Below, piece by piece: positions 42,214 to 52,556 of a DNA stretch of 64,000 nt. How positions within the stretch are numbered: the stretch's first letter is position 1; each line of letters opens with the position of its first letter. A program made the position numbers and the translations under genes. Under the pieces are notes generated by a model. That model ran no database searches and was not told the origin of the DNA. It saw only the letters and a list, made by a program, of their open reading frames with translations. The stretch comes from a virus, in IMG/VR virus record IMGVR_UViG_3300025151_000020, positions 29,311 through 93,310 of that record; one strand, written 5' to 3'.

Positions 42214-43698
42214 TTACTGCGGAGGAGGAGGAGGTTGTTCTCCTCCCTGTTGAGCTGCAGCCGCCTGTTGCTCTGCGGCAACTTCCTGTGGATCAGGTTC
42301 TTGATAGTCAAACTCAAGGAACTTATCATCAATTTGATCTCTCAATTGTGCTTTGTATCCTGCTTGCTTCATCTGCATCATGTTACGGATAGCCATCTCA
42401 TCTCTGCGGAATCGCATGATTTCATCTTCTTCCTCGTGTGGGTTGAGTGTAATTGTCCATTCATCCACGCCAAATGCTTCTAGCAATAATGGGAATAGTT
42501 GCCTGTTGTATATTGATTGAGCATATGCCAAAGCCCTGTTTGTAACAACAATCTGCATACCTTCGTTGTTTAACCCACCACCAGATACATCATTCATGAA
42601 TACATTTGATACACCATAGTATGCAGATATGCGTTGTCTAATGTCATCTTTGATAGGTATGTATTGCAGTTCCTCCAAAGTATCCATCATACGAACATAC
42701 TCAAGACCGCCCCTGCCTGATTCAGTTTCAACGCCAATCGTTGGAACATAATTTGGATCACGCTCAAGATGTTCTTGGATATTACGAGCAGTTCTCTCAA
42801 CAGTTTCCATGTTAGATGATTTAATCACCATGACACCACGAGGCATTCTCCTCTTCTGATATGCAGAATAAACATAGTTATCCATAGCAATGAGCGTATT
42901 TACCTGCCTCCACATAGTAGCAACAGGACTACGACCATACAGTTTGGATGGCGACCATTTGCTGATGTGTATGACTTCTCCCTCAGTATATACCTGGCCA
43001 TTCCCAACACCTGCTAAGTTGATGTAATGAATAGGAACAACAGGCATACCAGACACAGGACATACTGCATCGGGGTCGCTTGTTCTGAATGAACGGTCAA
43101 TCAAACTCGTATATTGTGATCCTCCTCTTATCCCCCTCTTGTCAGACAATATCCTCATGAATATGGGGTCTGCCCTGGATACTTCTCTTATTCTGAAGAA
43201 CATAGGTTGCTTAGTAGCGGGGTCAATGAAATACTCCTTTGTCAGAACAAGATATGCATCATCAACAATATTGAGATCCATTTCTATCTCTCTAAGAACT
43301 TCAATGAAGTTTTGTGTCATCCTGTTGCCACCCTTTAGAACCGCATCGGCATACTCGATCTGCGATTTGTCGGCTTTGCGTACCTCTCCTCCGCATTCCT
43401 TGCAAGCATCAACTTCTTGGTGATACTCACTTTCACACTCTCTGCATTTGCATACAAACTTGGATTTCCATTCCCATCCCTTTCTGAATGTTTCAACGCA
43501 TAAATGATTGAGGATGGATCTTAGAACCATGCACTCATATGCCGCAGCGTATAATGCAGGTATGGTAATTCCTTGCAATAAAGGCGGTTCTTGGACACCA
43601 TCGGTAAATAGGGGCATGGATGGAATAGGAGTATTATGCCTCTCCATATCCATGCCAATAGCTGCAAACATTCTTTCCATTTTTTTGCTATCAACCAA
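42214..43698 (-). CDS. Portal protein with a Zn-finger insertion
   Basis: EVIHISKWSPSKLYGRSP, MPRGVMVI and RISAYYGVS are HK97-type portal motifs; CRECE...CKECG insert. Confidence 0.9.
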   Translation of the reverse strand: MVDSKKMERMFAAIGMDMERHNTPIPSMPLFTDGVQEPPLLQGITIPALYAAAYECMVLRSILNHLCVETFRKGWEWKSKFVCKCRECESEYHQEVDACKECGGEVRKADKSQIEYADAVLKGGNRMTQNFIEVLREIEMDLNIVDDAYLVLTKEYFIDPATKQPMFFRIREVSRADPIFMRILSDKRGIRGGSQYTSLIDRSFRTSDPDAVCPVSGMPVVPIHYINLAGVGNGQVYTEGEVIHISKWSPSKLYGRSPVATMWRQVNTLIAMDNYVYSAYQKRRMPRGVMVIKSSNMETVERTARNIQEHLERDPNYVPTIGVETESGRGGLEYVRMMDTLEELQYIPIKDDIRQRISAYYGVSNVFMNDVSGGGLNNEGMQIVVTNRALAYAQSIYNRQLFPLLLEAFGVDEWTITLNPHEEEDEIMRFRRDEMAIRNMMQMKQAGYKAQLRDQIDDKFLEFDYQEPDPQEVAAEQQAAAAQQGGEQPPPPPQ

Positions 43699-45067
43699 GT
43701 GTCATCACCTCCTCTTTCATCTTGTCGAAGTCATCCACACTTATTTTGTGTTTCCTTAGCAATTTTGACCTTTCGGACATATCTAACGATTCATATGCCA
43801 TTACCATGAGTGTAGGTTTATCGCCTCTCATAGCCTTCAACATAGTCAATGCCGAGGGGAATGTATCTTTTGATTTACCGTTGAAATGAGGTTCTGCTAA
43901 CTCAAGTGCTTTCATTACAGTATCTTCGCCTTGCATAACCAATCCGATACCTCTTGCTTCCACACCAGGTAAGCCCATCTTCTGTAAGGCACTTGCATAC
44001 CAGGGTGCAGTTGGTGCTTTGAAACTAATTTCCAATCTTGGGTATAATCTTGAGTCAAACTTGAATCTGCCACCGTTTTCAATCAAACCTGCCAAGAATC
44101 TGTCTGCGTCTTTGAGAACTATATCTCCCCTTCTAATGTCGTAAAACAATCCCCTTCCTTGAGATTTGCTCAATTGACCTATTGCAATTATATCAAACAA
44201 GAAACCATGAGATTTGATTAAAGAAGATATTTCAGCAGGGCTTGCTTGTACTCCATATGTCTTCAATGTCTGAGCGTTCAATGCCCCTCTATCCAATAAG
44301 ACCTGTCTGCAATTCTTCAAAATTGCTCTTTCACGGTGCGACATTCGCTCAGACTTGTCAATGGTCATCCTCCAAATCCTTTCTGCATCCTTTCTGCCAT
44401 CTTCAGTAGGATCACTAACCCATGTCTTCACAAATCTTCTAAATGGCAAATCCAAACGATTCTTGTTGTTATTCAAAGAGTCAAAATCAAGATCCGTCAG
44501 AGGTAAAGACTCATACAAATTAGGATTGACACCCGTAAATTGAGCAAGAATTGATTGCTTTTCTAACTTAAGCAATGGTTGTATTGCATCAAGAACCTTG
44601 TTTTCTCTAGCCTTGACCAATATCTCTGTTACCTCTCTTCCTGTCATTCCAAAGTTTTCTGGAAACCAATTCTTCATTTTAGCAAGAGGCACAGGAGGAG
44701 GTGCTTCCGAGTCAAGTTCAGTTCCAGGTTGGTCTGTGGGAGGAGTGCTATTGTCATTCTTCATTCCCGTAATCTCAGTACCCTCTCCTTCTTGAGTGGA
44801 GGGTTGGTCTTTTACCGCTTGTTCTTGTTCTGCATTTTTCTTCTCTGCTTCTGCTAATTCTGTTTCGGCCTGTGCTACTTCTTTCTGTTTGGCTTGTAGT
44901 TTATTCTTGATAGCATCAACACCCATTGATGCCGCAGCTCCGATTGCCTTTTTACCCGCAGGAGATGAAGCAATTGCTCCGGCTGCACGAAAAACGGCAG
45001 GTGCAATCTTCTCAACAGAATCAGTCAAATCATTTACCCCATGTACGGGTTCGAGGTATTTACGCAT
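43691..45067 (-). CDS. Multidomain protein with a C-terminal LAGLIDADG-like domain
   Basis: RFLAGLIENGGRF...PRLEISFK; low-complexity coiled N-terminus. Confidence 0.5.
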   Translation of the reverse strand: MRKYLEPVHGVNDLTDSVEKIAPAVFRAAGAIASSPAGKKAIGAAASMGVDAIKNKLQAKQKEVAQAETELAEAEKKNAEQEQAVKDQPSTQEGEGTEITGMKNDNSTPPTDQPGTELDSEAPPPVPLAKMKNWFPENFGMTGREVTEILVKARENKVLDAIQPLLKLEKQSILAQFTGVNPNLYESLPLTDLDFDSLNNNKNRLDLPFRRFVKTWVSDPTEDGRKDAERIWRMTIDKSERMSHRERAILKNCRQVLLDRGALNAQTLKTYGVQASPAEISSLIKSHGFLFDIIAIGQLSKSQGRGLFYDIRRGDIVLKDADRFLAGLIENGGRFKFDSRLYPRLEISFKAPTAPWYASALQKMGLPGVEARGIGLVMQGEDTVMKALELAEPHFNGKSKDTFPSALTMLKAMRGDKPTLMVMAYESLDMSERSKLLRKHKISVDDFDKMKEEVMTLG

Positions 45068-46478
45068 CCGCCCACCCCAACCTGTTACGCCACATCTCAC
45101 CGTCTAGGATAATTATGTTTTCCCGATATTCCTTAGTCGCTTGTACCGAAAGTGCAAGGGCAATCACCATGTCGTCATGTGATCCAAGACTTTCCATCCT
45201 ACCATTATCAAGCATGGTGAACATGGATAATTCATTCAACAAGGTATTCATATGCCTCTTTGTTGCACCTTCATCTTTGTAAGGTACGGCTAGATGTTTT
45301 CTTTCAAAGTGCAATTGCAATGTATGAATCAATGCCTCCTTTTTCATACGACTCATATTGAATGGTTTGATAGGCAGATCGCCAATCTCTTGAAGGACTT
45401 GATTGAAAGCCATAGCAAAATTGTTAGTTTCTAATTCAATTATAACGGGGTTGAACCTAGCATTCAATTCTATTATCTTGTCAATCTGTTGATTGAAATC
45501 CATGTTTTTCTCGTGATGAACATGGACTATCCTCTTGTGCCTATTCTCATCCATGCCAATTACCATCATACAAGTGTAATCCGCACTTCTGTTTGCACTT
45601 ATTGCAGGGTCCCAACCAATGTAGTAGTTCAATTCCTCAGTTGGATCAGGATAGTAAGATAATGCAAGAGAATCATCTTTTACTCCTTCAAGCATTTCTT
45701 CTGGGAATAAACTCGCTTCACTTGCTATTGGCTTACATAGGTACTCACGAGTAAATGCAATAGATGTCATTTCACCCCTTCTAGTATTCAATGCCTCAAG
45801 ATTCCACCTCTCCGGCCACAATGGTTCGCCTGTTGCTTCATTGATTGCAGGATATTCTTTCACACAATACCCGTCTAATCCTTTCAATTCAGAATATAGA
45901 TCGGTATATGAGAACGGTGTTCCGACTACACACATTTGAGCCGTGTGGTGGAGAACGGGCAAAAGAGCAGTATAGAACCATGTAGATATGGATTTCAATT
46001 GAGTATCTGCTTCACTTGACAATATGTCATCCAGAACTACTATATCTGGGTGAGCACCACGAACCGCCTTTCCTATGGACATAGCTCGTATTGATGATTT
46101 ATTTGTCATCTTGAATAATTGCTTTGCCCAACCTCTCTTTGGCTTAAGATGTGCAAGTGCAGGAGTTGTCATAATCAATTCATCCATCTTTGCCATATGG
46201 TCTATGGATTGGTGCTGACTGTGGCTAAAGAACAAAACTTCCGTACCAGGATTATATGCCATCTTCCATAGAAGATATACTCTAAAGAACACGGATTTGC
46301 CGTGATCTCTGCTTGCTATGACGCATACTTTGTTGTGTTTCTCTGCATTCTCATACCACTCTTTATGAAAATGTGCTAATTGAAATTGACATATGTCCTC
46401 AAAGAAGAAACGGAAATCTCTCCTTCCCATTTCCCAATCAACTTTGCTCGTTAATTCGAGCATTGCGTCATTAGTCAC
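45060..46478 (-). CDS. terL: Terminase large subunit
   Basis: Walker A ASRDHGKS, Walker B IVVLDD, coupling motif VGTP, RNase H-like IGWDPA...DYT...HDDMVIALAL. Confidence 0.95.
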   Translation of the reverse strand: MTNDAMLELTSKVDWEMGRRDFRFFFEDICQFQLAHFHKEWYENAEKHNKVCVIASRDHGKSVFFRVYLLWKMAYNPGTEVLFFSHSQHQSIDHMAKMDELIMTTPALAHLKPKRGWAKQLFKMTNKSSIRAMSIGKAVRGAHPDIVVLDDILSSEADTQLKSISTWFYTALLPVLHHTAQMCVVGTPFSYTDLYSELKGLDGYCVKEYPAINEATGEPLWPERWNLEALNTRRGEMTSIAFTREYLCKPIASEASLFPEEMLEGVKDDSLALSYYPDPTEELNYYIGWDPAISANRSADYTCMMVIGMDENRHKRIVHVHHEKNMDFNQQIDKIIELNARFNPVIIELETNNFAMAFNQVLQEIGDLPIKPFNMSRMKKEALIHTLQLHFERKHLAVPYKDEGATKRHMNTLLNELSMFTMLDNGRMESLGSHDDMVIALALSVQATKEYRENIIILDGEMWRNRLGWADA

Positions 46479-47763
46479 TCTTCCACCCCGATGGTAACAA
46501 ACTCATGTCGTCACCACCTGGAGCATTCTTTGCGAACAAAGAAGCAGGTAGTAATGACAAGTCATCTCCTTCAACTACATCAAAACCAAGATCCGGCTTG
46601 CTTTCTTCTTGTGGTGGCTGGCTTTTGATGATTGGTGACATAGGCTCACTTACATTACGCCTTACCTTTACGGTTTCAAGATAGTTGGGATTGTGGAATG
46701 GGTTTGCAAACGGATCTTTGAGAACAAATTGCTTTCCAAATATATCGTCATACCTTTCTGCGGCAGAGGGAAAGTGATCCTCTAAATCTCCCATGCTATT
46801 GTAAAGGTGTACTCTTGCGGTTTCATCCCCCTCTTCGGCCAAATCCAACAATTCTGTTATCAAACTTGAATCAGTCATAGGAGTGATGTTTGGCAAATCA
46901 TAAATGTCCTTTGGTATTTCTTCTATTTCAATATCTTCATCATTAGGTTCTGCTTCTTTGGGTAGTGTAGGGAGTTCTCCCCCTGTTTGCTCTAGTAAAG
47001 CCGCCAAAGCCTGTTGGTAGGTTTTATTTTCTTTCATGGCTCTATGTACTGCCCTATCCATTTCTTTAGTGCCTCCTCTTTCAAAATCTTTAGGGCCAAG
47101 CACAGAAACTCCAAACGCATCTCTATACAAATTAACAAAGTGACCTGGAACTATGTTCTCATCATAAAGTTCCCCTGTTAATTGCTTGATTCGTGCCTTT
47201 GGTTTTCGGTTTCTTGCAAACCCCGCAATCGCATCCTGGTTTGCTTGAACCGCATCGCTCTTAGGAGCAGGAATCTCTACCTTCTCTTTCTGGGGTTTCT
47301 TTGTTGCCGTTGCCTTAGCCTTAGCCTTTGGTTTAGGTTCTGGTTTAACCTCATTCTTTTTTTTTGGCGGTTTGGATACTAGATCGGTTGCTGATGCTTC
47401 TCTTACGGCATCAGCATCGGGTTCGGGAATAGTTGCCTTCATTCGTTCTTCCTCCTGTTCGGGTGTTTCTTCGGTTTGAGGAGGGTCTTCTGGTGGCGGA
47501 GAATCATCGGAAGTTGAGGTTGCAGCTTGTTCCTCCGATGATTCAGATGATTCTTCTTCTTGTACAGGAGCAGGAGGCGTTGTTGGCATTGGCCTACCAT
47601 ATTTCAGTTGAAAAGTTAGATTCTCTCCTCTCATCCTATCCGCTGCTCTCTCAGCAGCGATTCTCTGTTGGCGGTTTCTTGCCCAATCTCTTATGATTCC
47701 CTTGAACAGGTCATCATCGTCTATTGCTTCCCATGCCGTGTCAAACGAATCATCTGAAGGCAT
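46471..47763 (-). CDS. Putative internal virion protein (acidic/Pro-rich)
   Basis: Start MPSDDSFDTAW after GGAGG; paired DD[LM]SLLP motifs at the C-terminus. Confidence 0.55.
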   Translation of the reverse strand: MPSDDSFDTAWEAIDDDDLFKGIIRDWARNRQQRIAAERAADRMRGENLTFQLKYGRPMPTTPPAPVQEEESSESSEEQAATSTSDDSPPPEDPPQTEETPEQEEERMKATIPEPDADAVREASATDLVSKPPKKKNEVKPEPKPKAKAKATATKKPQKEKVEIPAPKSDAVQANQDAIAGFARNRKPKARIKQLTGELYDENIVPGHFVNLYRDAFGVSVLGPKDFERGGTKEMDRAVHRAMKENKTYQQALAALLEQTGGELPTLPKEAEPNDEDIEIEEIPKDIYDLPNITPMTDSSLITELLDLAEEGDETARVHLYNSMGDLEDHFPSAAERYDDIFGKQFVLKDPFANPFHNPNYLETVKVRRNVSEPMSPIIKSQPPQEESKPDLGFDVVEGDDLSLLPASLFAKNAPGGDDMSLLPSGWKSD

Positions 47764-49378
47764 TTCGAATTGCCTCCGTTGTGTGCTTATCTCGGAATAC
47801 CACTCTCTGCTTTTGCAAATCCCAATAGTCTGCAATCGGATCATCAAACGATGCCGTAAAGTCACCTGCCGCCATTGACCTCAATCTGTTTTGACCCTGC
47901 CTTCTTTGGGATGCGTTATACGCTCCTCTTGCAAGACCCGAAAGACCAAATGTTGCTACATTTGAAAGTAAGCCTGTTCCTATTCCTCCTTTAGTTCGTG
48001 CTTGTTGGCTTGCTTGATCGACTAATCGCTCTTGAGCATAAGTTGCTCCGTCTTGCTGACTAGCAGAACCCGTTGAAGCAGTTGATGGAGCAGACCCTGT
48101 TGCTTGTGCCGTCTGATTTCTTGTATCTGTTCCGGCTCTTGATCTCTCCTGCGTTCTTTCGGGTAAAGCGGCATTCTCTCCTGTTGTTGCGGGTAATGCC
48201 GTGTTAGTAGCTGCTCTTTGTTCGGGAGTCTGATAACCCATCTGCTCTGCAAATGCAGGTGGCAATCTTCCATACCTTTCTTGAAGGCGAGCGTTATTCA
48301 CATTTTGTCTAATCTGCTTCTGACCTTCCCTGTCCATAGCAGGTGCTCCTTCACCACCATATACTCGTTGATTCCTTGCCTCTATTGCATTCATAGCACC
48401 TTGACCGGATACTGCTCCTCTAAGTGCCGCCGCACCTTGACCGACTAAATTGCCCATGCCAGGCATAATCAAACCAGATGCATCTCTGCCTGATCTATCT
48501 GAACCATACATCGCAGTTCCTGCGGCAGAAGAAACTCCTCTTCCTACTGCGGATGCTCCACGACCTGTTGCACGACCTGCCGCCATTGCACCACGACCTG
48601 CGGCTCTAGCACCTGTGCCAATCGCTTGACCTGCGGCACGAGCTGCACCTCCTAGTGATGAGAATGCATTACGAGCCATTCCAGGTGTAGCGGAAGCAAC
48701 GGCAGAAGCACCCTGCCCTATCTTCTCGGCAGCACCCCTCATTCCTGCACCAACTGCACCTGCGGCAGAAGATGCTCCTCTGCCAACTGCACCTGCGGCA
48801 GAAGATCCTGCTCTGCTCATTGCACCTGCGGCATCTTGTGCTACATTGCCAAGAGATGAGAAAGCATTCTGAACCATGCCTGGTTGCCCTGCACTATGCC
48901 TGTTTGCCTCTGAAACAGGTGATCCTTCTCTATTGGTCAAACGACTCAATCTCTGATCAAACTCGTCACCAGGAGTACCCACAAGTGATTCTTTTGCACG
49001 AGAAGCACCTTGACCTATCTTCTCAGCCGCACCTCTCATTCCCGCACTAACCGAACCTACGGCAGAACCTGCTGATTCTTTTGCACGACCTGCTATATTT
49101 TTAGCGGCATCCATCATGCCTCCGCCTTCTCTTGGATTGGTAGCATCTGCTCTGAATCCTTCGCCCGCAAAGAAATTACTTATGCGTGGTGCAAACTCAT
49201 GGTCGCCCGTTTCTGGATTAACATATTTCTGATGTCTTTTGTATCCGGCATTTTTCATTTCATCATAGCCTTCTTCTCCTGGTAATTTTCTATAACCTGG
49301 ATTGCGAATGATTTTCTTTTCAAGACTCCATGATTGAACCGCTTTTCGGATTTCATCGTCATGTGCAAAACTAAGCAT
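47750..49378 (-). CDS. Gly/Ala-rich repeat protein (putative ejection/pilot protein)
   Basis: Amphipathic repeats GASSAAGAVGxG and GMRGAAEKIGQGAS; hydrophobic GIGTGLLSNVATFGLSGLA near the C-terminus. Confidence 0.5.
   Translation of the reverse strand: MLSFAHDDEIRKAVQSWSLEKKIIRNPGYRKLPGEEGYDEMKNAGYKRHQKYVNPETGDHEFAPRISNFFAGEGFRADATNPREGGGMMDAAKNIAGRAKESAGSAVGSVSAGMRGAAEKIGQGASRAKESLVGTPGDEFDQRLSRLTNREGSPVSEANRHSAGQPGMVQNAFSSLGNVAQDAAGAMSRAGSSAAGAVGRGASSAAGAVGAGMRGAAEKIGQGASAVASATPGMARNAFSSLGGAARAAGQAIGTGARAAGRGAMAAGRATGRGASAVGRGVSSAAGTAMYGSDRSGRDASGLIMPGMGNLVGQGAAALRGAVSGQGAMNAIEARNQRVYGGEGAPAMDREGQKQIRQNVNNARLQERYGRLPPAFAEQMGYQTPEQRAATNTALPATTGENAALPERTQERSRAGTDTRNQTAQATGSAPSTASTGSASQQDGATYAQERLVDQASQQARTKGGIGTGLLSNVATFGLSGLARGAYNASQRRQGQNRLRSMAAGDFTASFDDPIADYWDLQKQRVVFRDKHTTEAIRNAFR
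48480..49100 (-). repeat. Imperfect tandem coding repeats
   Basis: Recurrent gcacctgcggcagaaga and gcacgacctgc units on the + strand. Confidence 0.75.
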
Positions 49379-51194
49379 ATAGAGCCACCTTCACCATCTG
49401 CACATTCTCATGAGGAACATTGAACGCCTTTGCGATCTGTCGCCAATCTCCTCTTGTATGGAATATAGATACAACATCTGTTGTTCCCATCTGAACCTTG
49501 CTTGAAAGCAAAGCAACATCAATTGGAGAATCAACAGACAATTTACCTAAGTGAGTTGTGTCGTCTATGGTGGCTTTTGCTAATGCCAACTGAACTTCTT
49601 CTATGTATTCTTCAAAGTCATTTCTATATGTTTCAGAACGCAGTATAATGTCATCAACAGACATCTTTCCTAACAACCCTGCCAACCTTGACAATAAACC
49701 TCGCCCCTGCCCTGAAACATCACTCGATTGAGCCATTGGTATATCGCTATTCCCCTGCGTTATACGGAACATAGGTGGAACATACGATGGTCCGGTAGGT
49801 GGCGGAGTAACGGCATTGGGGCTTGGATTCGGCCTTTCTGGTAGTGGTTGTCTTGGAATACTGCTTGGTGGCTCACGAATAGTGGGATCAGGTTCTTCTC
49901 CCGTTATAGTGGCTTCTTCTTGAGGCACTTCAACTGAAGGACCGCCATACCATGAGGGTGGTCTTCCTCCTGTTTCTTTCATGTGAGCATCGTATAAACC
50001 GTTGAGTTTTCGTTGTCTAGCACTTCTTCCTCTAATTTTACCTGCATATGCATCATCAAATATGCGTTGGACTACTTCTTCATCAAGTTCATGAGCATCA
50101 GCAATTGCTCTGACCATGCTCTTATTCCCTTTGTATGACCCCTTGCCGAGATTCTTAATCCAATTTGCATCTCTAAGTTCTGGATGTATGATGTCTTCTG
50201 AAACTCTATTTTCAACCGCACTCGGTAAAACTTGTGAAGGGTCTTCCTCTTGTTCGGGAGGCATGAGATCCCCACTTCTTATCTCAGCAGCTTGTTGTGC
50301 CTTTCTTCCAATTCTACCATGTGTTGAATCAAAATTATGATGACCATGATGTGTTCCGTGATATACTAACTTGTCATTCATGAAGTTCTGCTTGACATAT
50401 TCATATGCTTGCTCAGGATTCATGCCTTGTGATGTGGCTTGTGCTTGCAAGTCTTTTACTAATCTTCCAAGATTATCCCTCATCGGCCTGTCGTTGATTG
50501 TAATTACATTGCGATGAACATACTGTGCAGGTATGATATATCTATTCCTGCTATCCTTTCTCCCCGTTTTTCGATTATATTGATGGCCAATAAATCCTAA
50601 ATCCTTTGCGGCTTCTTCATACCATCTTGCATATCCCTCTGTGTTGCCATTATGACCACTAATGATATGAGTAACTAATTTTCCATTTTGAGTATGGAAT
50701 GGATTGAAAGAACCGTCTTTATTTTTCTGGGCTTGAACTAAAGCCGCATTCTCCGACTTATGACTTGCGTTGATTGACCATTTAGCAGGGTCTGCACCTG
50801 TTTTGTCAAAAGGTAAAGGAACGGCAGAAATGCCTCTTTGCTGATTTAGAACATTCTGCCTTTCAGCAGCTTGATTCAACATCGGCCTTCCAATCCTCAA
50901 ACCTTCTTGTAACGCTAACTCGTAAGCAGGATCTTCTGGTCCTGCATGGTATGCTTTTGCATAATAGTCTAACAACTGACCTGTTCGTATTGCCATCTCC
51001 ATAGCATCTGCATCATATGGATTGAGTAGCATTTCTTCTATATCTTCTAAATTATGATGAAGGTTCGGGGTAATCAACCCCATAGCCTCAGAGTTGATTT
51101 CACCTTCATGCCCCATAACGGCACTTATGAATTGGTCTATATCTGAAACCACATAGGATTTGGAGATATAGAAATCATCAAAGTTCCATCCCAA
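49371..51194 (-). CDS. Hypothetical protein (putative internal virion protein)
   Basis: 607 aa, Pro-rich linker, N-terminal FDDFYISKS. Confidence 0.55.
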   Translation of the reverse strand: MGWNFDDFYISKSYVVSDIDQFISAVMGHEGEINSEAMGLITPNLHHNLEDIEEMLLNPYDADAMEMAIRTGQLLDYYAKAYHAGPEDPAYELALQEGLRIGRPMLNQAAERQNVLNQQRGISAVPLPFDKTGADPAKWSINASHKSENAALVQAQKNKDGSFNPFHTQNGKLVTHIISGHNGNTEGYARWYEEAAKDLGFIGHQYNRKTGRKDSRNRYIIPAQYVHRNVITINDRPMRDNLGRLVKDLQAQATSQGMNPEQAYEYVKQNFMNDKLVYHGTHHGHHNFDSTHGRIGRKAQQAAEIRSGDLMPPEQEEDPSQVLPSAVENRVSEDIIHPELRDANWIKNLGKGSYKGNKSMVRAIADAHELDEEVVQRIFDDAYAGKIRGRSARQRKLNGLYDAHMKETGGRPPSWYGGPSVEVPQEEATITGEEPDPTIREPPSSIPRQPLPERPNPSPNAVTPPPTGPSYVPPMFRITQGNSDIPMAQSSDVSGQGRGLLSRLAGLLGKMSVDDIILRSETYRNDFEEYIEEVQLALAKATIDDTTHLGKLSVDSPIDVALLSSKVQMGTTDVVSIFHTRGDWRQIAKAFNVPHENVQMVKVALYA

Positions 51195-51200
51195 TGAAAA

Positions 51201-52556
51201 TCACCTACCATGCCCAACAACACCCGCTTCAACCAATACGGATGTATCGCCAAAGCGGTATGCGGCCTGATCTTCAATCCTCCCTGGTCCGTCTTCGTAA
51301 TGCTTTGAACTTGGATCTGATGACCTTTCTGGGCTTGCTTGCCCTCCCCTCTTTGCATTATCTCCTAGTTCAGGAGTGGCTTTTGTTAGTTTATTCAACT
51401 GCCTCAATATAGCCTCAACTTTCTTTTTGAGATGTAATATCTCGGTTCGGGATAATGCCGTTTTCTTTGATATGGAATCATCTGAACGCCTAATGTAATC
51501 TTCTGTTCCTAACGGGTCGCCATATCCTGGTTGAACCTTGATTGCATTTTTAGGGTTAGTTCCAAGTTGTGGAGATGACGGCATTTTTGTTCCTCTGCCC
51601 GAATCAACGGGATTTCCTAGAACAACTCCTCTAGTTCCTGTTTGGCTGATACCTGTTCCGCCTGTTCCATAATGATGAGTAAATTGTCGTGGTTGTGATC
51701 CTCTCGCCCTATACATTCTATTCTGAGCCTTCTTTCTTTCCCATGCTACGGGATCACGAAGCCTCAAAGGAATGGTTCTATCTCTTGTTGAACCAAGATT
51801 TCTCAATGGAAGACTTCTCGCATTGGGTGCGAATGATTGTCTTCGAGAATAAAGGTTGAGTTGCCTCTTAGCCCTACCCGCTTCCCTCTTGCTTTGCGAC
51901 TTCGGTTGCCTTCCGCCTGTGGCTTTGATTCTTCCACCGACTTTCCTGCCTCTTCTTCCTCTCCCTTTTCGTCTTCGTTTGGCTTTGGACTTTCTTCTTT
52001 CTTCGTCACTATCTTCATCCTCCTCGTATTTTCTTCCTTTGTATTTTCTTTTACCTTTGCTAATTGACCATGCATCCTCAAATGATTCGTCACTTGACAA
52101 AGTAATTGCTCTAGTGCCTCCTCGTGAAGGATGGCCGTATGTCACATTTGGCGTTGTGCTTCTAACTGTTCCTCTGTTTGCACCTGCTGACAATGACAAA
52201 CCATTAGCCCCAAGATCCACGCCAAGACCTGTTTCAAGCAATTCGTTCTCCTGCTCCATCATAGGACTCCTCTCCATTGCCTCATCCATTTCTTCGGGTT
52301 TGACGCTAATGTGTTGCAGACCAGGCATGAGTTCTCTCAATGCCTTGTCCTTACGCTTCTGAGGATTGGTTTGATCTCTGCTTTCACCATCTTCTGGTGT
52401 GGTTCTCGTGTGATGTGCAAGCCCCTCTGCATTTTCATTTGGATTGACATCAAGATCACCATAATTGCCCATTTCACGGGGTTTATGCCCGCCCATGAAC
52501 TCGGCTACTCTTGGTTTCCAACCTTGATATGAGTCACGAGGATTGCCCATTGTCAC
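51201..52556 (-). CDS. Arg/Lys-rich protein (protamine-like middle) with an internal tag
   Basis: SFEDAWSISKG directly precedes KAKRRRKGRGRRGRK. Confidence 0.55.
   Translation of the reverse strand: MTMGNPRDSYQGWKPRVAEFMGGHKPREMGNYGDLDVNPNENAEGLAHHTRTTPEDGESRDQTNPQKRKDKALRELMPGLQHISVKPEEMDEAMERSPMMEQENELLETGLGVDLGANGLSLSAGANRGTVRSTTPNVTYGHPSRGGTRAITLSSDESFEDAWSISKGKRKYKGRKYEEDEDSDEERRKSKAKRRRKGRGRRGRKVGGRIKATGGRQPKSQSKREAGRAKRQLNLYSRRQSFAPNARSLPLRNLGSTRDRTIPLRLRDPVAWERKKAQNRMYRARGSQPRQFTHHYGTGGTGISQTGTRGVVLGNPVDSGRGTKMPSSPQLGTNPKNAIKVQPGYGDPLGTEDYIRRSDDSISKKTALSRTEILHLKKKVEAILRQLNKLTKATPELGDNAKRGGQASPERSSDPSSKHYEDGPGRIEDQAAYRFGDTSVLVEAGVVGHGR

Noticed and set aside
42214-46478. Intein or intron in terL or portal as the source of the LAGLIDADG-like domain
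   Set aside because: Both genes are of normal length and uninterrupted, and no intein terminal motifs flank the domain.
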